From Gordius albopunctatus (Eukaryota), in the NCBI GenBank assembly GCA_964276515.1, contig OZ193909.1:9362001-9426000 (forward strand): a DNA stretch of 64,000 nucleotides, given 5' to 3'. This document shows positions 38,501 to 51,900 of this stretch, piece after piece. The notes under the pieces are model-generated. The model saw only the letters and a list, made by a program, of their open reading frames with translations. It made no database searches and had not been told where the DNA came from. Positions within the stretch are counted from its first letter, which is position 1. Each line of letters starts with the position of its first letter. A program made the translations under genes and the position numbers.

Positions 38501-41300
38501 TTTCACGGGGGGAAGTTTTAGATTGAGAGAAATTAAACTTTTCGTGTTGCGTTCAGATTGTTTTTAAATCGCTTTCTAAGCCTGTCTTTAGTTTTTGTGA
38601 AACAAGTTCTATGTGATTGTGATTGAAAGTTAATAATTTTTGAAGACTGATCAAAAAATTTTTTTAACGAATTCACCTCTGATATCGAAAACTTTCATGA
38701 GGGCTATATGGTTGAACAAAAAATTTAAAAAATTTTGAGGTCGAAAAAAATATTTATTTTCATATTCTTTCGAAAGGGGGCGGAAGAAATAATTAAAAGA
38801 TAGTAAATATTCTTAGCATTATGTCCTTGTTAAAATCCCGATAAGAATTTTTGCACGGGTGGAGTTTTAGATTGAGAAAAACTAAACTTTTCGTGTTGCG
38901 TTTAGATTTTTTCAAAATCGCTTTCTAATCGCGTCTCTAGTTTTTATGAAACAAGCTCTATGTGATTATGATTAAAAGTTAATAATTTTTGAGGACTGAT
39001 CAAAAATTATTTTTAACGAATTCACCTCTGACATCGAAAACTTTCACGAGGGCTATATGCTCTAACAAAAAAAATTGACAAAAATTTTGAGGTCGAAAAA
39101 AATATTTATTTTCATATTATTTGGAAAGGGGGATGAAAAAATCTTTAAAAGTCAATAAATATTCTTAGTATTATGTCCTTGTTAAAATCCCGATAAGAAT
39201 TTTTGCACGGGGTGAAGTTTTAGATTGAGAGAAACTAAACTTTTTATGTTGCGTTTAGATTGTTTTTAAATCGCTTTCTAAGCCTGTCTTTAGTTTTTGT
39301 GAAACAAGCTCTAGGTGATCGTGATTCAAAGTTAATAATTTTTGAGGACTGATCAAAAAATTTTTTTAACGAATTCACCTCTGATATCGAAAACTTTCAT
39401 GAGGGCTATATGGTTGAACAAAAAATTTAAAAAATTTTGAGGTCGAAAAAAATATTTATTTTCATATTATTTGTAAAGGAAGCTGAAAAAATCTTTAAAA
39501 GTCAGAAAATATTCTTAGCATTATGTCCTTGTTAAAATCCCGATAAGATTTTTCCACTGGGGGAAATTTTAGATTGAGAGAAATTAAACTTTTCGTGTTG
39601 CGTTTAGATTGTTTCAAGATCGCTTTCTAATTTCGTCTATAGTTTTTGTGAAACAAGCTATATGTGATCGTGATTCAAAGTTAATAATTTTTGAGGACTG
39701 ATCAAAAAATTTTTTTAACGAATTCACCTCTGATATTGAAAACTTTCACGAGGGCTATATACTTTAACAAAAAAAATTGACAAAAATTTTGAGGTCGAAA
39801 AAAATATTTATTTTCATATTATTTGGAAAGGTGGCTGAAAAAATGTTTAAAAGTCAGTAAATATTCTTAGCATTATGTCCTTGTTAAAATCCCGATAAGA
39901 ATTTTTTCACGGGGGGAAGTTTTAGATTGAGAGAAACTAAACTTTTTATGTTGCGTTTAGATTGTTTCAAAATCGCTTTCAAATCGCGTCTCTAGTTTTT
40001 GTGAAACAAGCTCTATGTGATTATGATTAAAAGTTAATAATTTTTGAGGACTGATCAAAAAATTTTTTTAACGAATTCACCTCTGACATCGAAAACTTTC
40101 ATGAATGCTATATGCTTTAACAAAAAAAATTGACAAAAATTTTGACGTCGAAAAAAATATTTATTTTCATATTCTTTAGAAAGGGGGCTGAAGAAATATT
40201 TAAAAGTCAGTAAATATTCTTAGCATTATGTCCTTGTTAAAATCCCGATAAGAATTTTTGCACGGGGGGAAGTTTTAGATTGAGAGAAACTAAACTTTTT
40301 ATGTTGCGTTTAGATTGTTTTTTAATCGCTTTCTAAGCCTGTCTTTAGTTTTTGTGAAACAAGTTCTATGTGATTGTGATTGAAAGTTAATAATTTTTGA
40401 AGACTGATCAAAATTTTTTTTAACGAATTCACCTCTGATATCGAAAACTTTCATGAGGGCTATATGGTTGAACAAAAAATTTAAAAAATTTTGAGGTCGA
40501 AAAAAATATTTATTTTCATATTATTTGGAAAGGTGGCTGAAAAAATCTTTAAAAGTCAGTAAATATTCTTAGCATTATGTCCTTGTTAAAATCCCGATAA
40601 GAATTTTTTCACGGGGGGAAGTTTTAGATTGAGAGAAATTAAACTTTTCGTGTTGCGTTTATATTGTTTCAAAATCGCTTTCTAATCGCGTCTCTAGTTT
40701 TTATGAAACAAGCTCTATGTGATTATGATTAAAAGTTAATAATTTTTGAGGACTGATCAAAAAATTTTTTTAACGAATTCACCTCTGACATCGAAAACTT
40801 TCATGAATGCTATATGCTTTAACAAAAAAAATTGACAAAAATTTTGACGTCGAAAAAAATATTTATTTTCATATTCTTTAGAAAGGGGGCTGAAGAAATA
40901 TTTAAAAGTCAGTAAATATTCTTAGCATTATGTCCTTGTTAAAATCCCGATAAGAATTTTTGCACGGGGGGAAGTTTTAGATTGAGAGAAACTAAACTTT
41001 TTATGTTGCGTTTAGATTGTTTTTAAATCGCTTTCTAAGCCTGTCTTTAGTTTTTGTGAAACAAGCTCTAGGTGATCGTGATTCAAAGTTAATAATTTTT
41101 GAGGACTGATCAAAATTTTTTTTTAACGAATTCACCTCTGATATCGAAAACTTTCATGAGGGCTATATGGTTGAACAAAAAATTTAAAAAATTTTGAGGT
41201 CGAAAAAATATATTTATTTTCATATTATTTGGAAAGGGGGCTGAAAAAATCTTTAAAAGTCAGTAAATATTCTTAGCATTATGTCCTTGTTAAAATCCCG
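26537..41300 (+). repeat. Satellite domain 2: irregular ~13-14-mer HOR (~4.56 kb)
   Basis: A marker monomer (tgacag, gactcatc, ttcctatt) yields identical ORFs at 27680, 32241 and 36805, spaced 4561 and 4564 bp apart. Confidence 0.75.
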
Positions 41301-44300
41301 ATAAGAATTTTTACACGGGGTGAAGTTTTAGATTGAGAGAAATTAAACTTTTCGTGTTGCGTTTAGATTGTTTCAAGATCGCTTTCTAATCGCGTCTCTT
41401 GTTTTTGTGAAACAAGCTCTATGTGATCGTGATTCAAAGTTAATAATTTTTGAGGACTGATCAAAAAATTTTTTTAACGAATTCACCTCTGATATCGAAA
41501 ACTTTCATGAGGGCTATATTGTTGAACAAAAAATTTAAAAAATTTTGAGGTCGAAAAAAATATTTATTTTCATATTCTGTCGAAAGGGGGCGGAAGAAAT
41601 ATTTAAAAGATAGTAAATATTCTTAGCATTATGTCCTTGTTAAAATCCCGATAAGAATTTTTGCACGGGTGGAGTTTTAGATTGAGAGAAACTAAACTTT
41701 TTATGTTGCGTTTAGATTGTTTCAAAATCGCTTTCTAAGCCTGTCTTTAGTTTTTGTGAAACAAGCTCTAGGTGATCTTGATTCAAAGTTAATAATTTTT
41801 GAGGACTGATCAAAAAATTTTTTTAACGAATTCACCTCTGACATCGAAAACTTTCACGAGGGCTATATGCTTTAACAAAAAATTTAAAAAATTTTGAGGT
41901 CGAAAAAAATATTTATTTTCATATTCTGTCGAAAGGGGGCGGAAGAAATATTTAAAAGATAGTAAATATTCTTAGCATTATGTCCTTGTTAAAATCCCGA
42001 TAAGAATTTTTGCACGGGTGGAGTTTTAGATTGAGAGAAATTAAACTTTTCGTGTTGCGTTTAGATTGTTTCAAGATCGCTTTCTAATCGCGTCTCTAGT
42101 TTTTGTGAAACAAGCTCTATGTGATCGTGATTCAAAGTTAATAATTTTTGAGGACTGATCAAAAAATTTTTTTAACGAATTCACCTCTGATATCGAAAAC
42201 TTTCATGAGGGCTATATTGTTGAACAAAAAATTTAAAAAATTTTGAGGTCGAAAAAAATATTTATTTTCATATTCTGTCGAAAGGGGGCGGAAGAAATAT
42301 TTAAAAGATAGTAAATATTCTTAGCATTATGTCCTTGTTAAAATCCCGATAAGAATTTTTGCACGGGGGGAAGTTTTAGATTGAGAGAAACTAAACTTTT
42401 TATGTTGCGTTTAGATTGTTTTTAAATCGCTTTCTAAGCCTGTCTTTAGTTTTTGTGAAACAAGCTCTATGTGATTGTGATTGAAAGTTAATAATTTTTG
42501 AAGACTGATCAAAATTTTTTTTAACGAATTCACCTCTGATATCAAAAACTTTCATGAGGGCTATATACTTTAACAAAAAATTTAAAAAATTTTGAGGTCG
42601 AAAAAAATATTTATTTTCATATTATTTGGAAAGGGGGCTGAAAAAATCTTTAAAAGTCAGTAAATATTCTTAGCATTATGTCCTTGTTAAAATCCCGATA
42701 AGAATTTTTGCAAGGGGGGAAATTTTAGATTTAGAGAAACTAAACTTTTTGTGTTGCGTTTAGATTCTTTCAAGATCGCTTTCAAATCGCGTCTCTAGTT
42801 TTTGTGAAACAAGCTCTATGTGATTATGATTCAAAGTTAATAATTTTTGAGGACTGATCAAAATTTTTTTTAACGAATTCACCTCTGATATCGAAAACTT
42901 TCATGAGGGCTATATGCTTTAACAAAAAAAATTGACAAAAATTTTGAGGTCGAAAAAAATATTTATTTTCATATTATTTGTAAAGGAAGCTGAAAAAATC
43001 TTTAAAAGTCAGTAAATATTCTTAGCATTATGTCCTTGTTAAAATCCCGATAAGAATTTTTACACGGGGGGAAGTTTTAGATTGAGAGAAATTAAACTTT
43101 TCTTGTTGCGTTTAGATTGTTTCAAGATCGCTTTCTAATTTCGTCTATAGTTTTTATGAAACAAGCTCTATGTGATTATGATTCAAAGTTAATAATTTTT
43201 GAGGACTGATCAAAAATTTTTTTTAACGAATTCACCTCTGACATCGAAAACTTTCACGAGGGCTATATGCTTTAACAAAAAAAAATTGACAAAAATTTTG
43301 AGGTCGAAAAAAATCTTTATTTTCATATTATTTGGAAAGGGGGCGGAAGAAATATTTAAAAGATAGTAAATATTCTTAGCATTATGTCCTTGTTAAAATC
43401 CCGATAAGAATTTTTGCACGGGTGGAGTTTTAGATTGAGAAAAACTAAACTTTTCGTGTTGCGTTTAGATTGTTTCAAAATCGCTTTCTAATCGCGTCTC
43501 TAGTTTTTATGAAACAAGCTCTATGTGATTATGATTAAAAGTTAATAATTTTTGAGGACTGATCAAAAAATTTTTTTAACGAATTCACCTCTGACATCGA
43601 AAACTTTCACGAGGGCTATATGCCTTAACAAAAAAAAATTGACAAAAATTTTGAGGTCGAAAAAAATCTTTATTTTCATATTATTTGGAAAGGGGGCGGA
43701 AGAAATATTTAAAAGATAGTAAATATTCTTAGCATTATGTCCTTGTTAAAATCCCGATAAGAATTTTTGCACGGGTGGAGTTTTAGATTGAGATAAACTA
43801 AACTTTTCGTGTTGCGTTTAGATTGTTTCAAAATCGCTTTCTAATCGCGTCTCTAGTTTTTATGAAACAAGCTCTATGTGATTATGATTAAAAGTTAATA
43901 ATTTTTGAGGACTGATCAAAAATTATTTTTAACGAATTCACCTCTGACATCGAAAACTTTCACGAGGGCTATATGCTTTAACAAAAAAAATTGACAAAAA
44001 TTTTGAGGTCGAAAAAAATCTTTATTTTCATATTATTTGGAAAGGGGGCGGAAGAAATATTTAAAAGATAGTAAATATTCTTAGCATTATGTCCTTGTTA
44101 AAATCCCGATAAGAATTTTTGCACGGGTGGAGTTTTAGATTGAGAAAAACTAAACTTTTCGTGTTGCGTTTAGATTGTTTCAAAATCGCTTTCTAATTTC
44201 GTCTATAGTTTTTATGAAACAAGCTCTATGTGATTATGATTCAAAGTTAATAATTTTTGAGGACTGATCAAAAATTTTTTTTAACGAATTCACCTCTGAC

Positions 44301-47300
44301 ATCGAAAACTTTCACGAGGGCTATATGCTTTAACAAAAAAAAATTGACAAAAATTTTGAGGTCGAAAAAAATCTTTATTTTCATATTATTTGGGAAGGGG
44401 GCTGAAAAAATCTTTAAAAGTCAGTAAATATTCTTAGCATTATGTCCTTGTTAAAATCCCGATAAGAATTTTTGCAAGGGGGGAAATTTTAGATTTAGAG
44501 AAACTAAACTTTTCGTGTTGCGTTTAGATTCTTCTTTCAAGATCGCTTTCAAATCGCGTCTCTAGTTTTTGTGAAACAAGCTCTTTGTGATTATGATTCA
44601 AAGTTAATAATTTTTGAGGACTGATCAAATTTTTTTTTAACGAATTCACCTCTGATATCGAAAACTTTCATGAGGGCTATATGCTTTAACAAAAAAAATT
44701 GACAAAAATTTTGACGTCGAAAAAAATATTTATTTTCATATTCTTTAGAAAGGGGGCTGAAGAAATATTTAAAAGTCAGTAAATATTCTTAGCATTATGT
44801 CCTTGTTAAAATCCCGATAAGAATTTTTGCACGGGGGGAAGTTTTAGATTGGGAGAAACTAAACTTTTTATGTTGCGTTTAGATTGTTTTTAAATCGCTT
44901 TCTAAGCCTGTCTTTAGTTTTTGTGAAACAAGCCCTAGGTGATCGTGATTCAAAGTTAATAATTTTTGAGGACTGATCAAAAAATATTTTTAACGAATTC
45001 ACCTCTGATATCGAAAACTTTCATGAGGGCTATATATTTGAATAAAAATTTAAAAAATTTTGAGGTCGAAAAAAATATTTATTTTCATATTATTTGGGAA
45101 GGGGGCTGAAAAAATCTTTAAAAGTCAGTAAATATTCTTAGCATTATGTCCTTGTTAAAATCCCGATAAGAATTTTTGCAAGGGGGGAAATTTTAGATTT
45201 AGAGAAACTAAACTTTTCGTGTTGCGTTTAGATTCTTTCAAGATCGCTTTCAAATCGCGTCTCTAGTTTTCGTGAAACAAGCTCTTTGTGATTATGATTC
45301 AAAGTTAATAATTTTTGAGGACTGATCAAAATTTTTTTAACGAATTCACCTCTGATATCGAAAACTTTCATGAGGGCTATATGCTTTAACAAAAAAAATT
45401 GACAAAAATTTTGAGGTCGAAAAAAATATTTATTTTCATATTATTTGTAAAGGAAGCTGAAAAAATCTTTAAAAGTCAGTAAATATTCTTAGCATTATGT
45501 CCTTGTTATAATCCCGATAAGAATTTTTGCACGGGGGAAGTTTTAGATTGAGAGAAACTAAACTTTTTATGTTGCGTTTAGATTGTTTTTAAATCGCTTT
45601 CTAAGCCTGTCTTTAGTTTTTGTGAAACAAGCTCTATGTGATTGTTATTGAAAGTTAATAATTTTTGAAGACTGATCAAAATTTTTTTTAACGAATTCAC
45701 CTCTGATATCGAAAACTTTCATGAGGGCTATATACTTTAACAAAAAAAATTGACAAAAATTTTGAGGTCGAAAAAAATATTTATTTTCATATTATTTGGA
45801 AAGGGGGCTGAAAAAATCTTTAAAAGTGAGTAAATATTCTTAGCATTATGTCCTTGTTAGAATCCCGATAAGATTTTTGCACTGGGGGAAGTTTTAGATT
45901 GAGAGAAACTAAACTTTTTATGTTGCGTTTAGATTGTTTCAAAATCGCTTTCTAAGCCTGTCTTTAGTTTTTGTGAAACAAGCTCTATGTGATCGTGATT
46001 CAAAGTTAATAATTTTTGAGGACTGATCAAAATTTTTTTAACGAATTCACCTCTGATATCGAAAACTTTCATGAGGGCTATATGCTTTAACAAAAAAAAT
46101 TGACAAAAATTTTGAGGTCGAAAAAAATATTTATTTTCATATTATTTGTAAAGGAAGCTGAAAAAATCTTTAAAAGTCAGTAAATATTCTTAGCATTATG
46201 TCCTTGTTATAATCCCGATAAGAATTTTTGTACGGGGGGAAGTTTTAGATTGAGAGAAACTAAACTTTTTATGTTGCGTTTAGATTGTTTTTAAATCGCT
46301 TTCTAAGCCTGTCTTTAGTTTTTGTGAAACAAGCTCTATGTGATTGTTATTGAAAGTTAATAATTTTTGAAGACTGATCAAAATTTTTTTTAACGAATTC
46401 ACCTCTGATATCGAAAACTTTCATGAGGGCTATATACTTTAACAAAAAAAATTTAAAAAATTTTGAGGTCGAAAAAAATATTTATTTTCATATTATTTGG
46501 AAAGGGGGCTGTAAAAATCTTTAAAAGTCAGTAAATATTCTTAGCATTATGTCCTTGTTAAAATCCCGATAAGAATTTTTACACGGGGTGAAGTTTTAGA
46601 TTGAGAGAAATTAAACTTTTCGTGTTGCGTTTAGATTGTTTCAAGATCGCTTTCTAATTCCGTCTATAGTTTTTGTGAAACAAGCTCTATGTGATCGTGA
46701 TTCAAAGTTAATAATTTTTGAGGACTGATCAAAATTTTTTTTAACGAATTCACCTCTGATATCGAAAACTTTCATGAGGGCTATATGCTTTAACAAAAAA
46801 AATTGACAAAAATTTTGAGGTCGAAAAAAATATTCATTTTCATATTCTTTCGAAAGGGGGCTGAAGAATTATTTAAAAGTCAGTAAATATTCTTAGCATT
46901 ATGTCCTTGTTAAAATCCCGATAAGAATTTTTGCACGGAGGGAAGTTTTAGATTGAGAGAATCTAAACTTTTTATGTTGCGTTTAGATTGTTTCAAAATC
47001 GCTTTCTAAGCCTGTCTTTAGTTTTTGTGAAACAAGCTCTATGTGATCGTGATTTAAAGTTAATAATTTTTAAGGACTGATCAAAAATTTTTTTTAACGA
47101 ATTCATGGTTGAACAAAAAATTTAAAAAATTTTGAGGTCGAAAAAAATATTTATTTTCATATTATTTGGAAAGGGGGCTGAAAAAATCTTTAAAAGTCAG
47201 TAAATATTCTTAGCATTATGTCCTTGTTAAAATCCCGATAAGAATTTTTACACGGGGTGAAGTTTTAGATTGAAAGAAATTAAACTTTTCGTGTTGCGTT

Positions 47301-48900
47301 TAGATTGTTTCAAGATCGCTTTCTAATTCCGTCTATAGTTTTTGTGAAACAAGCTCTATGTGATCGTGATTCAAAGTTAATAATTTTTGAGGACTGATCA
47401 AAAATTTTTTTTAACGAATTCACCTCTGATATCGAAAACTTTCATGAGGGCTATATTGTTGAACAAAAAATTTAAAGAATTTTGAGGTCGAAAAAAATAT
47501 TTATTTTCATATTCTTTCGAAAGGGGGCTGAAGAATTATTTAAAAGTCAGTAAATATTCTTAGCATTATGTCCTTGTTAAAATCCCGATAAGAATTTTTG
47601 CACGGGGGGAAGTTTTAGATTGAGAGAAACTAAACTTTTTATGTTGCGTTTAGATTGTTTTTAAATCGCTTTCTAAGCCTGTCTTTAGTTTTTGTGAAAC
47701 AAGCTCTAGGTGATCGTGATTCAAAGTTAATAATTTTTGAGGACTGATCAAAAAATTTTTTTAACGAATTCACCTCTGATATCGAAAACTTTCATGAGGG
47801 CTATATTGTTGAACAAAAAATTTAAAAAATTTTGAGGTCGAAAAAAATATTTATTTTTATATTCTTTCGAAAGGGGGTGGAAGAAATATTTAAAAGATAG
47901 TAAATATTCTTAGCATTATGTCCTTGTTAAAATCCCGATAAGAATTTTTGCACGGGTGGAGTTTTAGATTGAGAAAAATTAAACTTTTCGTGTTGCGTTT
48001 AGATTGTTTCAAGATCGTTTCTAATTTCGTCTATAGTTTTTGTGAAACAAGCTATATGTGATCGTGATTCAAAGTTAATAATTTTTGAGGACTGATCAAA
48101 AAATTTTTTTAACGAATTCACCTCTGACATCGAAAACTTTCATGAATAATATTTATTTTCATATTCTTTAGAAAGGGGGCTGAAGAAATATTTAAAAGTC
48201 AGTAAATATTCTTAGCATTATGTCCTTGTTAAAATCCCGATAAGATTTTTCCACTGGGGGAAATTTTAGATTGAGAGAAATTAAACTTTTCGTGTTGCGT
48301 TTAGATTGTTTCAAGATCGCTTTCTAATTTCGTCTATAGTTTTTGTGAAACAAGCTATATGTGATTGTGATTCAAAGTTAATAATTTTTGAGGACTGATC
48401 AAAAAATTTTTTTAACGAATTCACCTCTGATATCGAAAACTTTCATGAGGGCTATATGGTTGAACAAAAAATTTCAAAAATTTTCAGGTCGAAAAAAATA
48501 TTTATTTTCATATTCTTTCGAAAGGGGCCTGAAGAAATACTTAAAAGATAGTAAATATTCTTAGCATTATGTCCTTGTTAAAATCCCGATAAGATTTTTC
48601 CACTGGGGGAAATTTTAGATTGAGAGAAATTAAACTTTTCGTGTTGCGTTTAGATTGTTTCAAGATCGCTTTCTAATTTCGTCTATAGTTTTTGTGAAAC
48701 AAGCTATATGTGATCGTGATTCAAAGTTAATAATTTTTGAGGACTGATCAAAAAATTTTTTTAACGAATTCACATCTGATATCGAAAACTTTCATGAGGG
48801 CTATATGGTTGAACAAAAAATTTAAAAAATTTTGAGGTCGAAAAAAATATTTATTTTCATATTCTTTCGAAAGGGGGCTGAAGAAATAATTAAAAGATAG
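41300..48900 (+). repeat. Satellite domain 3: heterogeneous monomers with private variants and deletions, no long-range HOR
   Basis: Local-only variants (attctgtcg, aaatcttta, gttataatc), a TTC duplication at ~44531, and truncated monomers of 317 bp (46892-47208) and 302 bp (47909-48210). Confidence 0.7.
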
Positions 48901-51900
48901 TAAATATTCTTAGCATTATGTCCTTGTTAAAATCCCGATAAGAATTTTTGCACGGGGGGAAGTTTTAGATTGAGAGAAACTAAACTTTTTATGTTGCGTT
49001 TAGATTGTTTTTAAATCGCTTTCTAAGCCTGTCTTTAGTTTTTGTGAAACAAGCTCTAGGTGATCGTGATTCAAAGTTAATAATTTTTGAGGACTGATCA
49101 AAAATTATTTTTAACTAATTCACCTCTGACATCGAAAACTTTCACGAGGGCTATATGCTCTAACAAAAAAAATTGACAAAAATTTTGAAGTCGAAAAAAA
49201 TATTTATTTTCATATTATTTGGAAAGGGGGATGAAAAAATGTTTAAAAGTCAGTAAATATTCTAAGCATTATGTCCTTGTTAAAATCCCGATAAGAATTT
49301 TTTCACGGGGGGAAGTTTTAGATTGAGAGAAACTAAACTTTTTATGTTGCGTTTAGATTGTTTCAAAATCGCTTTCTAAGCCTGTCTTTAGTTTTTGTGA
49401 AACAAGCTCTAGGTGATCGTGATTCAAAGTTAATAATTTTTGAGGACTGATCAAAAAATTTTTTTAATGAATTCACCTCTGATATTGAAAACTTTCACGA
49501 GGTCTATATACTTTAACAAAAAAAATTGACAAAAATTTTGAGGTCGAAAAAAATATTTATTTTCATATTATTTGTAAAGGAAGCTGAAAAAATCTTTAAA
49601 AGTCAGAAAATATTCTTAGCATTATGTCCTTGTTAAAATCCCGATAAGATTTTTCCACTGGGGGAAGTTTTAGATTGAGAGAAATTAAACTTTTCGTGTT
49701 GCGTTTAGATTGTTTCAAGATCGCTTTCTAATTTCGTCTATAGTTTTTGTGAAACAAGCTCTATGTGATCGTGATTCAAAGTTAATAATTTTTGAGGACT
49801 GATCAAAAAATTTTTTTATGGAATTCACCTCTGATATCGAAAACTTTCATGAGGGCTATATGGTTGAACAAAAAATTTAAAAAATTTTGAGGTCGAAAAA
49901 AATATTTATTTTCATATTATTTGTAAAGGAAGCTGAAAAAATCTTTAAAAGTCAGAAAATATTCTTAGCATTATGTCCTTGTTAAAATCCCGATAAGATT
50001 TTTCCACTGGGGGAAGTTTTAGATTGAGAGAAATTAAACTTTTCGTGTTGCGTTTAGATTGTTTCAAGATCGCTTTCTAATTTCGTCTATAGTTTTTGTG
50101 AAACAAGCTCTATGTGATCGTGATTCAAAGTTAATAATTTTTGAGGACTGATCAAAAATTTTTTTTAACGAATTCACCTCTGATATCGAAAACTTTCATG
50201 AGGGCTATATGGTTGAACAAAAAATTTAAAAAATTTTGAGGTCGAAAAAAATATTTATTTTCATATTCTTTCGAAAGGGGGCGGAAGAAATAATTAAAAG
50301 ATAGTAAATATTCTTAGCATTATGTCCTTGTTAAAATCCCGATAAGAATTTTTGCACGGGTGGAGTTTTAGATTGAGAAAAACTAAACTTTTCGTGTTGC
50401 GTTTAGATTGTTTCAAGATCGCTTTCTAATTTCGTCTATAGTTTTTGTGAAACAAGCTATATGTGATCGTGATTCAAAGTTAATAATTTTTGAGGACTGA
50501 TCAAAAAAATTTTTTAACGAATTCACCTCTGATATCGAAAACTTTCATGAGGGCTATATGGTTGAACAAAAAATTTAAAAAATTTTGAGGTCGAAAAAAA
50601 TATTTATTTTCATAATCTTTCGAAAGGGGGCTGAAGAAATAATTAAAAGATAGTAAATATTCTTAGCATTATGTCCTTGTTAAAATCCCGATAAGAATTT
50701 TTGCACGGGGGGAAGTTTTAGATTGAGAGAAACTAAACTTTTTATGTTGCGTTTAGATTGTTTTTAAATCGCTTTCTAAGCCTGTCTTTAGTTTTTGTGA
50801 AACAAGCTCTAGGTGATCGTGATTCAAAGTTAATAATTTTTGAGGACTGATCAAAAAATTTTTTTAACGAATTCACCTCTGATATTGAAAACTTTCACGA
50901 GGGCTATATACTTTAACAAAAAAAATTGACAAAAATTTTGAGGTCGAAAAAAATATTTATTTTCATATTATTTGTAAAGGAAGCTGAAAAAATCTTTAAA
51001 AGTCAGAAAATATTCTTAGCATTATGTCCTTGTTAAAATCCCGATAAGATTTTTCCACTGGGGGAAGTTTTAGATTGAGAGAAACTAAACTTTTCGTGTT
51101 GCGTTTAGATTGTTTCAAAATCGCTTTCTAAGCCTGTCTTTAGTTTTTGTGAAACAAGCTATATGTGATTATGATTCAAAGTTAATAATTTTTGAGGACT
51201 GATCAAAAAAATTTTTTAACGAATTCACCTCTGATATTGAAAACTTTCACGAGGGCTATATACTGTAACAAAAAAAATTGACAAAAATTTTGAGGTCGAA
51301 AAAAATATTTATTTTCATATTATTTGGAAAGGTGGCTGAAAAAATGTTTAAAAGTCAGTAAATATTCTTAGCATTATGTCCTTGTTAAAATCCCGATAAG
51401 AATTTTTTCACGGGGGGAAGTTTTAGATTGAGAGAAACTAAACTTTTTATGTTGCGTTTAGATTGTTTCAAAATCGCTTTCTAAGCCTGTCTTTAGTTTT
51501 TGTGAAACAAGCTCTAGGTGATCGTGATTCAAAGTTAATAATTTTTGAGGACTGATCAAAAATTATTTTTAACGAATTCACCTCTGACATCGAAAACTTT
51601 CACGAGGGCTATATGCTCTAACAAAAAAAATTGACAAAAATTTTGAGGTCGAAAAAAATATTTATTTTCATATTATTTGGAAAGGGGGATGAAAAAATGT
51701 TTAAAAGTCAGTAAATATTCTTAGCATTATGTCCTTGTTAAAATCCCGATAAGAATTTTTTCACGGGGGGAAGTTTTAGATTGAGAGAAACTAAACTTTT
51801 TATGTTGCGTTTAGATTGTTTCAAAATCGCTTTCTAAGCCTGTCTTTAGTTTTTGTGAAACAAGCTCTAGGTGATCGTGATTCAAAGTTAATAATTTTTG

